Source of the DNA: Deltaproteobacteria bacterium
Lineage (GTDB): Bacteria; Desulfobacterota; Desulfuromonadia; Geobacterales; DSM-12255
Length of the DNA stretch: 25,343 bases
Direction: 5' to 3'
Assembly: GCA_017861215.1 (NCBI GenBank)
Contig: JAGFXN010000006.1
Coordinates: forward strand, 1-25,343
Part shown: piece by piece, positions 17,595 through 25,275 of the stretch
How positions within the stretch are numbered: the stretch's first letter is position 1
Layout of the letters: each line of letters opens with the position of its first letter
Notes under the pieces: generated by a model
Database searches by the model: none
The model's input: the letters and a program-made list of their open reading frames with translations, nothing else
Told to the model about the DNA's origin: nothing
Position numbers and translations under genes: made by a program

Positions 17595-17882
17595 ATGAAA
17601 CGGATATTAGGAATGCTTACGATCTTGGCAACAACCGCTTTGCTTTCAGTAGCGACTGTCATGGGCGCTGAAGCTACTATGGGTGTCATAGATCAGAAAG
17701 ATCAATGTCTGCTGGTAGCGGCAAATTGTGCTAACAGCGTAGATTCAATAAGCCAGAGAATTGAGCGGCTGAACAAAGAGATTGCCAAAGGTACGGATGT
17801 GTACACTACTGATGAGTTGCAAAGACTCAGGGATAAGCTGGATGATGCAGTCAGAACACTGGACGACCTGATCAGAAGTTAA
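17595..17882 (+). CDS. Small secreted/periplasmic hypothetical protein with CX6C motif and helical C-terminus
   Basis: Good SD; signal-peptide-like MKRILGMLTILATTALLSVATVMGA; KDQCLLVAANC..VDSISQRIERLNKEIAKG..VYTTDELQRL, a pattern I recall from small Geobacteraceae-type hypothetical proteins; has its own promoter and terminator. Confidence 0.85.
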   Translation: MKRILGMLTILATTALLSVATVMGAEATMGVIDQKDQCLLVAANCANSVDSISQRIERLNKEIAKGTDVYTTDELQRLRDKLDDAVRTLDDLIRS

Positions 17883-17933
17883 TTTCCGGTACCAATGGTA
17901 CCCATCAGAAGAGTAGTAGAACTAGCAGGAACG

Positions 17934-17958
17934 AGGGGGACAGAAAGTGTCCCCCTTT
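17934..17958 (+). terminator. Hairpin terminator between the convergent 95-aa gene and degP
   Basis: AGGGGGACA-GAAAG-TGTCCCCCT followed by a short T run. Confidence 0.7.
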
Positions 17959-18061
17959 CCTTAGTGCTCCCTCCGGAATAATTTTTAATTTTATAGCCTC
18001 TATCCAGGGATCAGGTTTTCACTATTCAGCACCCTGGACATACTGACAAAACAGGAGCAGC

Positions 18062-19453
18062 TTATTCCATTCTGACCGCTATGTACCGAGAACTATCGCC
18101 ATGCTTTACCAGCAAGCGTAGCGCCTTATCCTTCTTGCCTGCAGCCAGAGCCTTATCGTACTCCTCGACAGTTGCGATCTTTTTACCGTTCACCTCTTTT
18201 ACTATGTCGCCCCGCTGGATCCCGGCAAGCATGGCCGGACTGTCGGCTTTCACCTCGGCAACCACAACTCCTGCCGTATCCTTCAGACGCATCGCAGCGG
18301 CCAACTCCTTGGTGAGCTGGCGTACGGCAAGGCCAAGCCTGTCCGCACCATCGGTCGCTTCTTCATCGTCACCATCCTTCATCTTGTCGATCGTCAGGGG
18401 CAAGGTCACCTCTTTGCCGTCACGCATAATCCTTACCACAACATTTTTACCCGCAGGAGTCGCCGCAACAAGGCGCGGCAGGTCACTCATCTCCTTGATC
18501 TCCTTGCCGTCAAAGAAAAGGATTATATCGCCGGTTTTGATGCCGCCCTTCTCTGCCGGGCCTTCCGGCAGAATCTCGCTGACCAGCGCACCCTTTTCCC
18601 CGGAGAGCCCGAAGGAGTCCGCCAGCTCTTTCGTCACCGCCTGAACAGATACGCCGATCCACCCTCTGGTAACTTTCCCCTTGTCCCGCAACTGCGGGAT
18701 GATCGATTTCGCCATGTTTACTGGTATGGCAAAGCCGATCCCCTGCCCTCCGGCAATTATGGCTGAATTGATACCGATAACTTCACCGGCGGCATTGATC
18801 AGCGGACCGCCGGAATTACCGGGATTGATCGAGGCATCAGTCTGGATAAAGTCGTCATAAGGTCCGCTGCCGATCACCCGCCCCTTGGCACTGACGATCC
18901 CCGCAGTAACAGTCTCTGCCAGCCCGAACGGATTGCCGATCGCCATAACCCATGCACCGACTTCAAGCTCGTCACTGTTACCCAGGAACGCAACCGGCAG
19001 CTTTTCGGCAGAGGTGACCTTTATCAGCGCCAGATCAAGCTTGGCGTCACTCCCTTTCAGTTCACCCTTCAGCTCCCTGCCGTCATGCAGCTTCACTTTG
19101 ATTTCGTCAGCTCCGTCGACGACATGGTTGTTGGTAAGGATATAGCCGTCTTCACTGATGATAAAGCCTGAACCGAGACTCTTCTGTCTCTGTGCCTGGG
19201 GACGCTGCTCATCGAAAAACCTGTCAAAGAAATCCTGGAAAGGGTCATTGCCGAAAGGAGAGTTGCCATACTGCCGCGGCTGCTGACGGCGCTGTTTTGT
19301 TTTTTTCTCCGTGCCAATATTGACCACCGTCGGTTTCAGTTTTTTTGCCAGTTCGACAAAATCCGGCGGTGAATATTTGGCCATAGCCGGCAGGGGTGTC
19401 ATGATCCATGCTGCCAGAAGAGTTGCTGCCAGAAAAAAGACGGTTTTTCTCAT
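18062..19453 (-). CDS. degP: DegP/DegQ (HtrA, Do family) periplasmic serine endoprotease with two PDZ domains
   Basis: 463 aa; signal peptide, SLGSGFII, TNNHVV, DLALIKV, FIQTDASINPGNSGGPL, two PDZ domains; SD AGGAGG. Confidence 0.95.
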   Translation of the reverse strand: MRKTVFFLAATLLAAWIMTPLPAMAKYSPPDFVELAKKLKPTVVNIGTEKKTKQRRQQPRQYGNSPFGNDPFQDFFDRFFDEQRPQAQRQKSLGSGFIISEDGYILTNNHVVDGADEIKVKLHDGRELKGELKGSDAKLDLALIKVTSAEKLPVAFLGNSDELEVGAWVMAIGNPFGLAETVTAGIVSAKGRVIGSGPYDDFIQTDASINPGNSGGPLINAAGEVIGINSAIIAGGQGIGFAIPVNMAKSIIPQLRDKGKVTRGWIGVSVQAVTKELADSFGLSGEKGALVSEILPEGPAEKGGIKTGDIILFFDGKEIKEMSDLPRLVAATPAGKNVVVRIMRDGKEVTLPLTIDKMKDGDDEEATDGADRLGLAVRQLTKELAAAMRLKDTAGVVVAEVKADSPAMLAGIQRGDIVKEVNGKKIATVEEYDKALAAGKKDKALRLLVKHGDSSRYIAVRME

Positions 19454-19485
19454 TACTGACCTCCTTGCTGAATATCTAGAGAAAA

Positions 19486-19514
19486 AAACTAATCACCGCA
19501 ACGCCCCATGTCAA
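19486..19514 (-). promoter_or_regulatory. Putative sigma70 promoter of degP
   Basis: Minus strand TTGACA (19514-19509), 17 nt, TAGTTT (19491-19486). Confidence 0.6.
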
Positions 19515-19526
19515 GAACCTCCCTAC

Positions 19527-19557
19527 AAAAAAAACCCGCCCTTTGAGGGGCGGGTTT
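19527..19557 (-). terminator. Intrinsic terminator of the CoA-transferase gene
   Basis: Minus strand AAACCCGCCC-CTCAAA-GGGCGGGTTT followed by a long T run. Confidence 0.9.
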
Positions 19558-19581
19558 CTTGTTACGCTATGAAGCCTGAGA

Positions 19582-21168
19582 CTATTCGCAGAGGTCGAGC
19601 TTGACGTCCCAGTTCTTGACCTTCATGGTGCCGTTCTGCGCCAGGTTGAGGTGCATCTTGAAGGCGCGATCCCACAGTTGGGGCTCGTGGCCGATCCCCT
19701 TGGCCAGGGTTTCCTTCAGGGCCATGTGGTAGTAATCGGTGAGGATCGGCTTGTAGTCCGGATGGGCACACTTCTCGATGATCTTCAGGGCACGGTCGCG
19801 CGGGCAGAGTCCACGGAGGTCGGCCAGACCCTGCTCGGTCACCACGCAATCAAGGTCGTGCTCGGTGTGGTCGATGTGAGAGCAGTGCGGCACCACACAG
19901 GAGATGCCGTTCGGGTCGGTCTTGGACGGACGACTCGACGGGGTGTGCATGATCTTCAGGTAGCCGTTGCGCAGGAAGTCGCCGGAACCGCCGAGGCCGT
20001 TGATCATCCGGGTACCGCCAACCAGGGTGGAGTTGGCATGGGCGTACATGTCGATCTCGACCGGGGTGTTCATGGCGATACAGCCGAGACGACGGATCGG
20101 CTCAGGAGCATTGGAGATGGAAAGCGGACGAAGCGTAATCTTGTCGAAATACCGCTCCCAGTTCTCGAAGAAGCGCGGGAAGCCCGGGGTCTCGGAGAGC
20201 GACAGCGAGCAGGAAGAGGCACAGAGCAGGTTGCCGCCGTCGAAAAAGTCAAGCATGGTATCCTGCAGAACCTCGGTGTAGACCGACAGGTTGCGGAACG
20301 GGCCCTTGGCCAGGCCGCCGATGACGGCGTTGGCGATGGAGCCGACGCCGGACTGCAGCGGCAGCAGGTTCTCGGGGAGACGCCCCATCTTGATCTCGTG
20401 GGAGAAGAACTCCATGATGTGGCCGGCGATGGCTGCGGAGGTGTCATCCTCCTCGGCAAAGGCGCGACCTTTGTCGCGCAGTTTGGACTCGACGATGGCG
20501 ACGATCTTGTCCGGATCGCACGGCACGTAGGGGGTGCCGATGCGGCTGTTGGCCGCGGTGATCAGGAACGGTGCGCGGTGAGGCGGCTTCTGTTGCATGT
20601 GGATATCGTGTATCCCTTCGAAGGAGGGCTGTCCGGTGTTCACCTCGATGATGATCTTGTCGCAGAGGTTGATCGCTTCGGCAACGATACCGCAGGAGGT
20701 GGTCAGGACCAGGCCGCAGTCCTCGGTGATGGCCGAGACTTCGATGATGCCGATGTCGTAGCGGCCATTGCCGGTGTAGAAGCCGTAGCTGATGTCCTGG
20801 GCGAAATGGCCGAGGTGCTTGTCGCCCATCCGAATGCGGCCGGCATTGATCCCGGCGGCGATGTTCTTGCCGGTCTGGTAAGGCCAGCGGCGGTCGATCA
20901 TGTCAAGGGTTGCCCAGCGGTCTTCGGTTTCGGCTCCGACGGAGGCGCCGATGAAGAGGTTGAATTTCAACTTGCCCTGCAGATTGTTTTTCTCAACATG
21001 CTCTGCAAGAGCGATGGGCACAACTTTCGGGTAACCGGCCGGGGTGAAGCCGGACCACATGAGGTCCTGGCCGTTGCTGAAGAACTTGATAGTGTCCTCG
21101 GGCTTCATGACCTTGCTTAAGAGTGACTTGCGACGAACGCGACTATCCAACGTACCGAATTCAGACAT
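19582..21168 (-). CDS. ato: Acetate:succinate CoA-transferase / acetyl-CoA hydrolase family protein
   Basis: 528 aa; WSGFTPAGYPK, FIGASVG, RRWPYQTG, LQSGVGSIANAV, YTEVLQD, NTPVEIDMYAHANST, MINGLGGSGDFLRN, VVTEQGLADLRGL; SD GGAGG. Confidence 0.93.
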   Translation of the reverse strand: MSEFGTLDSRVRRKSLLSKVMKPEDTIKFFSNGQDLMWSGFTPAGYPKVVPIALAEHVEKNNLQGKLKFNLFIGASVGAETEDRWATLDMIDRRWPYQTGKNIAAGINAGRIRMGDKHLGHFAQDISYGFYTGNGRYDIGIIEVSAITEDCGLVLTTSCGIVAEAINLCDKIIIEVNTGQPSFEGIHDIHMQQKPPHRAPFLITAANSRIGTPYVPCDPDKIVAIVESKLRDKGRAFAEEDDTSAAIAGHIMEFFSHEIKMGRLPENLLPLQSGVGSIANAVIGGLAKGPFRNLSVYTEVLQDTMLDFFDGGNLLCASSCSLSLSETPGFPRFFENWERYFDKITLRPLSISNAPEPIRRLGCIAMNTPVEIDMYAHANSTLVGGTRMINGLGGSGDFLRNGYLKIMHTPSSRPSKTDPNGISCVVPHCSHIDHTEHDLDCVVTEQGLADLRGLCPRDRALKIIEKCAHPDYKPILTDYYHMALKETLAKGIGHEPQLWDRAFKMHLNLAQNGTMKVKNWDVKLDLCE

Positions 21169-21297
21169 CTTCTACCTCCTTTGTTTGATTTGGGGTTCAC
21201 AGCCTGGCTATGAAAAGCCCTTTGTTAAAATCAAAAGTTAAGATGCGACACAGAAAAATAAATCTTCTCGATAGAGTCTACAAAAAAGTAGAACCGG

Positions 21298-21326
21298 ATT
21301 CTACTGAAGGGGGTCTGTTTCGTCAA
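21298..21326 (-). promoter_or_regulatory. Sigma70-type promoter of the CoA-transferase gene
   Basis: Minus strand TTGACG (21326-21321), 17 nt, TAGAAT (21303-21298). Confidence 0.7.
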
Positions 21327-21426
21327 GATAAAAATATAATAATTCAGCACTCTACAATACCGTTGAGCTTGACTTCGCAATATGCTAAAAGTGAAAAAAT
21401 TTCAGCGATACTTGCCGGAGGGGATG

Positions 21427-21900
21427 ATGAGCGAGCATGGTGATTTCTGTTACACATTGGAAGGCGCTCTGGAGATGGCGATCAGCATGGAGAGCGACGG
21501 TTTCCGCAACTACCTTGAGGCTCTGCGCAAGGTCGAATCGAAGTCAGCCAGAGCGATCCTGAAAGATGCCGCCCTTGATGAACTGGCGCACAAATATGAA
21601 CTGGAAAAGGCCCTTGTTGAAGGCAACATGACCGCCGGAGCGCTTGACAAGCCGCTCCCCACCATGAACCTTGATGCCGTCCTCGTCAAAAAGGAACTGC
21701 GGCCGGATTCAGACGCCAGAGAGGCGCTGGCCTATGCGATCCATCTTGAAAACGGCGCCATCCTCTTTTACAAAAAGATGGCCAACGCCTGTGCCGGCGC
21801 TCCCATGGGAAAACTGATGGAGCGCCTCGTAGCCGACGAGAGCCGGCATCTGCAGCAGCTTGAAGATCTCTACGAAGAACATTTCATGACAGAAAACTGA
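21427..21900 (+). CDS. Rubrerythrin/erythrin-like di-iron ferritin-fold protein (no rubredoxin domain)
   Basis: Two E...ExxH units (MES...DELAH; LEN...DESRH); start ATG 21427 (or 21424) after SD GGAGG. Confidence 0.88.
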   Translation: MSEHGDFCYTLEGALEMAISMESDGFRNYLEALRKVESKSARAILKDAALDELAHKYELEKALVEGNMTAGALDKPLPTMNLDAVLVKKELRPDSDAREALAYAIHLENGAILFYKKMANACAGAPMGKLMERLVADESRHLQQLEDLYEEHFMTEN

Positions 21901-21902
21901 AG

Positions 21903-22427
21903 TTGACGAATCTTCGTAATATTGCAACCATCCTCGTCGGCAAGGTCTTTGACGTCGAACAGTTTGAAGTCGAAATCGGCGCCAAGGGGTGGCATACCTT
22001 CCAGGTGATTCGCCACCCCGGCGGGGTGGCGGTTCTGCCGCTGCACGCTGACGGCACGGTTACCCTGATACGTCAGCCCAGACCGGCGGTCGGCATGGCG
22101 CTGCTCGAACTCCCTGCCGGCCGACTCGACCCGGAAGAGTCACCCGAGAACTGCGGTCGCCGGGAACTTCTCGAAGAGACCGGTCTGGTCGCTGACAACT
22201 TTCACCCGATCGGCATCATCCACTCATCACCCGGTGTTTTTGACGAAGTAATCCATCTCTACGTCGCCACCGGCCTTACCCAGCATACTCCCGCCCCTGA
22301 AGCTGACGAAGATATCGAACCGGTGAGAATCCCTGTTGCCGAAGCCCTGCGCATGGCGCGGCAGGGGCTCATAACCGATGGCAAGACCATCGCCGCACTC
22401 TTCCGGGGAGAACCGTACTACCGATGA
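21903..22427 (+). CDS. NUDIX hydrolase, ADP-ribose pyrophosphatase-like
   Basis: TTG start; full Nudix box GRLDPEESPENCGRRELLEETGL; downstream SPG proline typical of ADPRases; HPGGVAVLP and ITDGKT motifs. Confidence 0.9.
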   Translation: MTNLRNIATILVGKVFDVEQFEVEIGAKGWHTFQVIRHPGGVAVLPLHADGTVTLIRQPRPAVGMALLELPAGRLDPEESPENCGRRELLEETGLVADNFHPIGIIHSSPGVFDEVIHLYVATGLTQHTPAPEADEDIEPVRIPVAEALRMARQGLITDGKTIAALFRGEPYYR

Positions 22428-23338
22428 TTCTGACCGCCCGTACCACCAGTGAGCAGAGCGGCCGGCGCCTTGATGACGCTGCCAAGGAGCTTTTCCCCCA
22501 ACTCTCCAAAACCCAGATACGCCGCATCATCGACCTGGGTGGCTGCGCCGTCAATCAGGTCATGGTCCGGGTCGCCTCCCGCGAACTCGCCGGTGGCGAC
22601 GAGATCATCCTCGGCGTCATGGAGCCGGAGCGGTTTGTCGATGTCAAACTCGTTGCCGATGATCTCCTCTATGAAGACCACAACTTTCTGGCGCTGAACA
22701 AGGCCCCCGGCATCAACAGCCAGCGCACCCCCTATCAGTTCAAGGGAACGGTCGAGTACGCTGTCGGCCAGTATCTGCGCAAAACAGGCAGCAAAGAGCC
22801 GGCGCGGGTCATCCACCGCCTCGACCGGGGGACATCCGGGGTCATGTTCTTCCCGAAGAACAAGCAGGCAGCCACCTGGATATCTGATCAGCTGAAAAAC
22901 GGCCGGGTGGAAAAGGTCTACTGGGCAATTGTCACCGCGACTCCTGACGAGGAGTGCTGGCGGGTTGACGAACCGATCGGCAAGCTCAACAAGTTCCGCT
23001 ACGGGGTAATCCTCCCCGGCAAACCGTCAATCACCGAATTTCGCGTGCTCGCCAGCGGCGCCGGCGCTGTCCTCGTCGAAGCCAGGCCGCTGACCGGCAG
23101 GACCCACCAGATCAGGGTACATCTGACCCACGGCGGCCTGCCCATAGCCGGCGACGCTCCATACGGCGGTGTCCCGGCCGAGAGGATGTTTCTCCACTGC
23201 CGCAGCATGGCTTTCCAGGGGCGCAAGGGCGAAAACATCCGCGCCCAGGCGCCGCTTGACGACAGTTTCCGGCGCATGGCGGCGGCGCATCAGCTGGAGC
23301 TGCCGGAACAGCACGCCATCAGCTCTCCAGGGATGTAA
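22424..23338 (+). CDS. RluA-family (RluC/RluD-like) rRNA pseudouridine synthase
   Basis: N-terminal S4-like segment; LNKAPG, HRLDRGTSG (catalytic Asp), KVYWAIV, TGRTHQIRVH, GDAPYG; ATGA overlap with the NUDIX gene. Confidence 0.93.
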   Translation: MILTARTTSEQSGRRLDDAAKELFPQLSKTQIRRIIDLGGCAVNQVMVRVASRELAGGDEIILGVMEPERFVDVKLVADDLLYEDHNFLALNKAPGINSQRTPYQFKGTVEYAVGQYLRKTGSKEPARVIHRLDRGTSGVMFFPKNKQAATWISDQLKNGRVEKVYWAIVTATPDEECWRVDEPIGKLNKFRYGVILPGKPSITEFRVLASGAGAVLVEARPLTGRTHQIRVHLTHGGLPIAGDAPYGGVPAERMFLHCRSMAFQGRKGENIRAQAPLDDSFRRMAAAHQLELPEQHAISSPGM

Positions 23339-23428
23339 CTGCCGGACCCTTTCGCTCGCACAGACATGGAGCGGTACGCTCTCACCAACCCATTTTTCTG
23401 CTGTTCATTGCTACGCTTCCTTTCTGGT

Positions 23429-24070
23429 CTAATCGAGGTTCAGGAGCGCGGGAAGAGAGTGGACGCCGTCCAGCAGCCAGCGGGCAGCACTGAAATCACC
23501 ACCCCTGTTCATGTCGCCGGGGATCGCCGCTACGACGAGACCGGCCCGGGCGGCAGAGGTGACACCCCGCTCTGAATCCTCTACTGCGAGACAGCGGCCG
23601 GGATGAAGTCCGGCATGGGCACATGCGGTCCGGTATGGCTCCGGATCGGGCTTTGCTGCGCCGTAGTCCTCGCGGGTGAGGATAAAATCAAAATAGCCGA
23701 GCAGCCCGCTACTGCGGTGCATCTGCATGAAATGTTCTCTTCTGCAGCTGGTGACGATCGCCATGGGTATCCTGCCGTGCAGCCGCACCAGGGTATCGGT
23801 GGCCCCCGGGATAACCAGCGATTCCGCTCCCAAAAGCTCGGCATAGATGCCATCGCGAAAACGGCGCAGCTCTCCGGCACCTATGGCGGTCTGTCCTGGT
23901 ACTGCGGCGAGATGCAACACACTCTCCCCTTTGCGAAGGGAGATATCGCAAAAGTCTTCGAGCGAAAGCGCCACTCCGGCGCGCGCCAGTGCCTCGGCAT
24001 TGGCCTGGAAATAAAGGTGCTCGGTCGCCATCAGCACGCCGTCATTGTCCCAGAATATCGCATCAAACAT
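23429..24070 (-). CDS. HAD-superfamily (IA) phosphatase/hydrolase
   Basis: Likely ATG 24070: MFDAIFWDNDGVLMATE (DxD motif I), IVTS (motif II), KPDPEPY, EDSERGV (motif IV). Confidence 0.9.
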   Translation of the reverse strand: MFDAIFWDNDGVLMATEHLYFQANAEALARAGVALSLEDFCDISLRKGESVLHLAAVPGQTAIGAGELRRFRDGIYAELLGAESLVIPGATDTLVRLHGRIPMAIVTSCRREHFMQMHRSSGLLGYFDFILTREDYGAAKPDPEPYRTACAHAGLHPGRCLAVEDSERGVTSAARAGLVVAAIPGDMNRGGDFSAARWLLDGVHSLPALLNLD

Positions 24071-24270
24071 CGTCAATTCTACCTGCTGAATGAGGGTCTT
24101 ACGCGCCACTTGCCCTGCAGGACGCAACGGCTGGCGGCGGACCGGTGGTTTTTGGCCCGGCCCTGCCGTTTGGTGGCGGCTGCGTCTTTTCAGGTTTTTT
24201 GCTTGCTACATGAGGGGGAAGGGGTCGGACACCGACAAAGGACATTTTTCTCGCAGACCTTCCTTGTGTC

Positions 24271-25275
24271 TCATGTCGGGGGCCGACCGCTTGCACCGCT
24301 TTCCTTGTTATTCTTGCCCGGGATTGCAGAAATCCGGTCTCCCTCCGGATCGCCGGCAGGGCTGTATTGGCAGGGGGTTACTCCCCGGTAGAGGTTGTCG
24401 GGCGGAGGGGTGCCGCGCTGTTCGTGGGAAAGAGTGCAATCCGTGTAATGGAGCTGGTCTTTCCGGTTGCAGCTGATCAAGGCGCGGACCACGTCGGCAC
24501 TGATGGCCCCTTTCAGCGCCAGCACGGTGACTTCCTCCAGGGCCGTGCGCAGATCGTAGGAGCTTGGTCGATAGGGCCTGGGGGAGATGAGCGCGTCAAA
24601 TACATCGCTGACGGCCACGATTTCCACGTTTCTGTTCCGCAGTGCAATCCCTCGCGGATAGCCCGAGCCGTCGCACCGTTCATGATGATCCCGGGCGGTA
24701 ATCGCCGCCGGATGGTTCGAGTCCTTTAAAAAATAACTCAGCAGAACGTACCCCGCCGCGGCATGATGGCTCAGCTGCATCCGTTCGTGCTCGTTCAGCG
24801 GGGTCGATTTGTTGCATATCGCCAGCGGCACGCAGGCTTTGCCGAAATCATGGCACGACGGTGCCGCAAACTCCCTTGACAGGGCCTTCCTGTCCTCAAA
24901 GAGTTCCTGGGCCAGCAACTGGGACAGAGCGAAAACCGTCAGGATGTGGCGGTAGGTATAGGGATCGTGGGCCTTGAAGTAACCGTAGATATCCAGCAGG
25001 GGCTGGATAAATTCGACCTGCTGCAGAGAGTCGAAAACCGCTTTTGTCCGTGCCGGCTTGGAAAAGATATGGCTATAGGGTGGCTGCTCGACATAGCTGC
25101 GCAGGTCTGCAGCGACCGTGCCGTACTCCATCAGCCGCATGGGGGAAAACATCTCCATCCGCGCCGAGCGGGCCACATCCGTCATGGTCTCCGGCGTCAG
25201 GCAGCTGCCGGCAGGAAGCAGTTCCCTGCGATCAAGGGTATGAACCGGGTAGCACAACTGCAGTGGTTTTTCCAT
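24271..25275 (-). CDS. Stand-alone HD-GYP domain protein (putative cyclic dinucleotide phosphodiesterase)
   Basis: DPYTYRH, CHDFGK (HD), HHERCDGSGYPRG, DVFDALISPRPYR; SD AGGAGG. Confidence 0.9.
   Translation of the reverse strand: MEKPLQLCYPVHTLDRRELLPAGSCLTPETMTDVARSARMEMFSPMRLMEYGTVAADLRSYVEQPPYSHIFSKPARTKAVFDSLQQVEFIQPLLDIYGYFKAHDPYTYRHILTVFALSQLLAQELFEDRKALSREFAAPSCHDFGKACVPLAICNKSTPLNEHERMQLSHHAAAGYVLLSYFLKDSNHPAAITARDHHERCDGSGYPRGIALRNRNVEIVAVSDVFDALISPRPYRPSSYDLRTALEEVTVLALKGAISADVVRALISCNRKDQLHYTDCTLSHEQRGTPPPDNLYRGVTPCQYSPAGDPEGDRISAIPGKNNKESGASGRPPT

Noticed and set aside
18081-18644. 187-aa plus-strand ORF
   Set aside because: It is antisense to degP, with Ser/Thr-rich shadow composition.
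19651-21120. 489-aa plus-strand ORF
   Set aside because: It is antisense to the well-supported CoA-transferase; a shadow frame caused by strong codon bias, with no recognisable motifs.
24099-24245. 48-aa Pro-rich ORF (MSFVGVRPLPP...) between the HD-GYP and HAD genes
   Set aside because: The SD-like AAGGAAGG is too far from the ATG, the sequence is low-complexity, and it overlaps the predicted hairpin; not supportable as a gene.
23603-24391. 262-aa plus-strand ORF
   Set aside because: It overlaps the HAD and HD-GYP genes antisense, has no SD or domain signature, and its composition is shadow-like.
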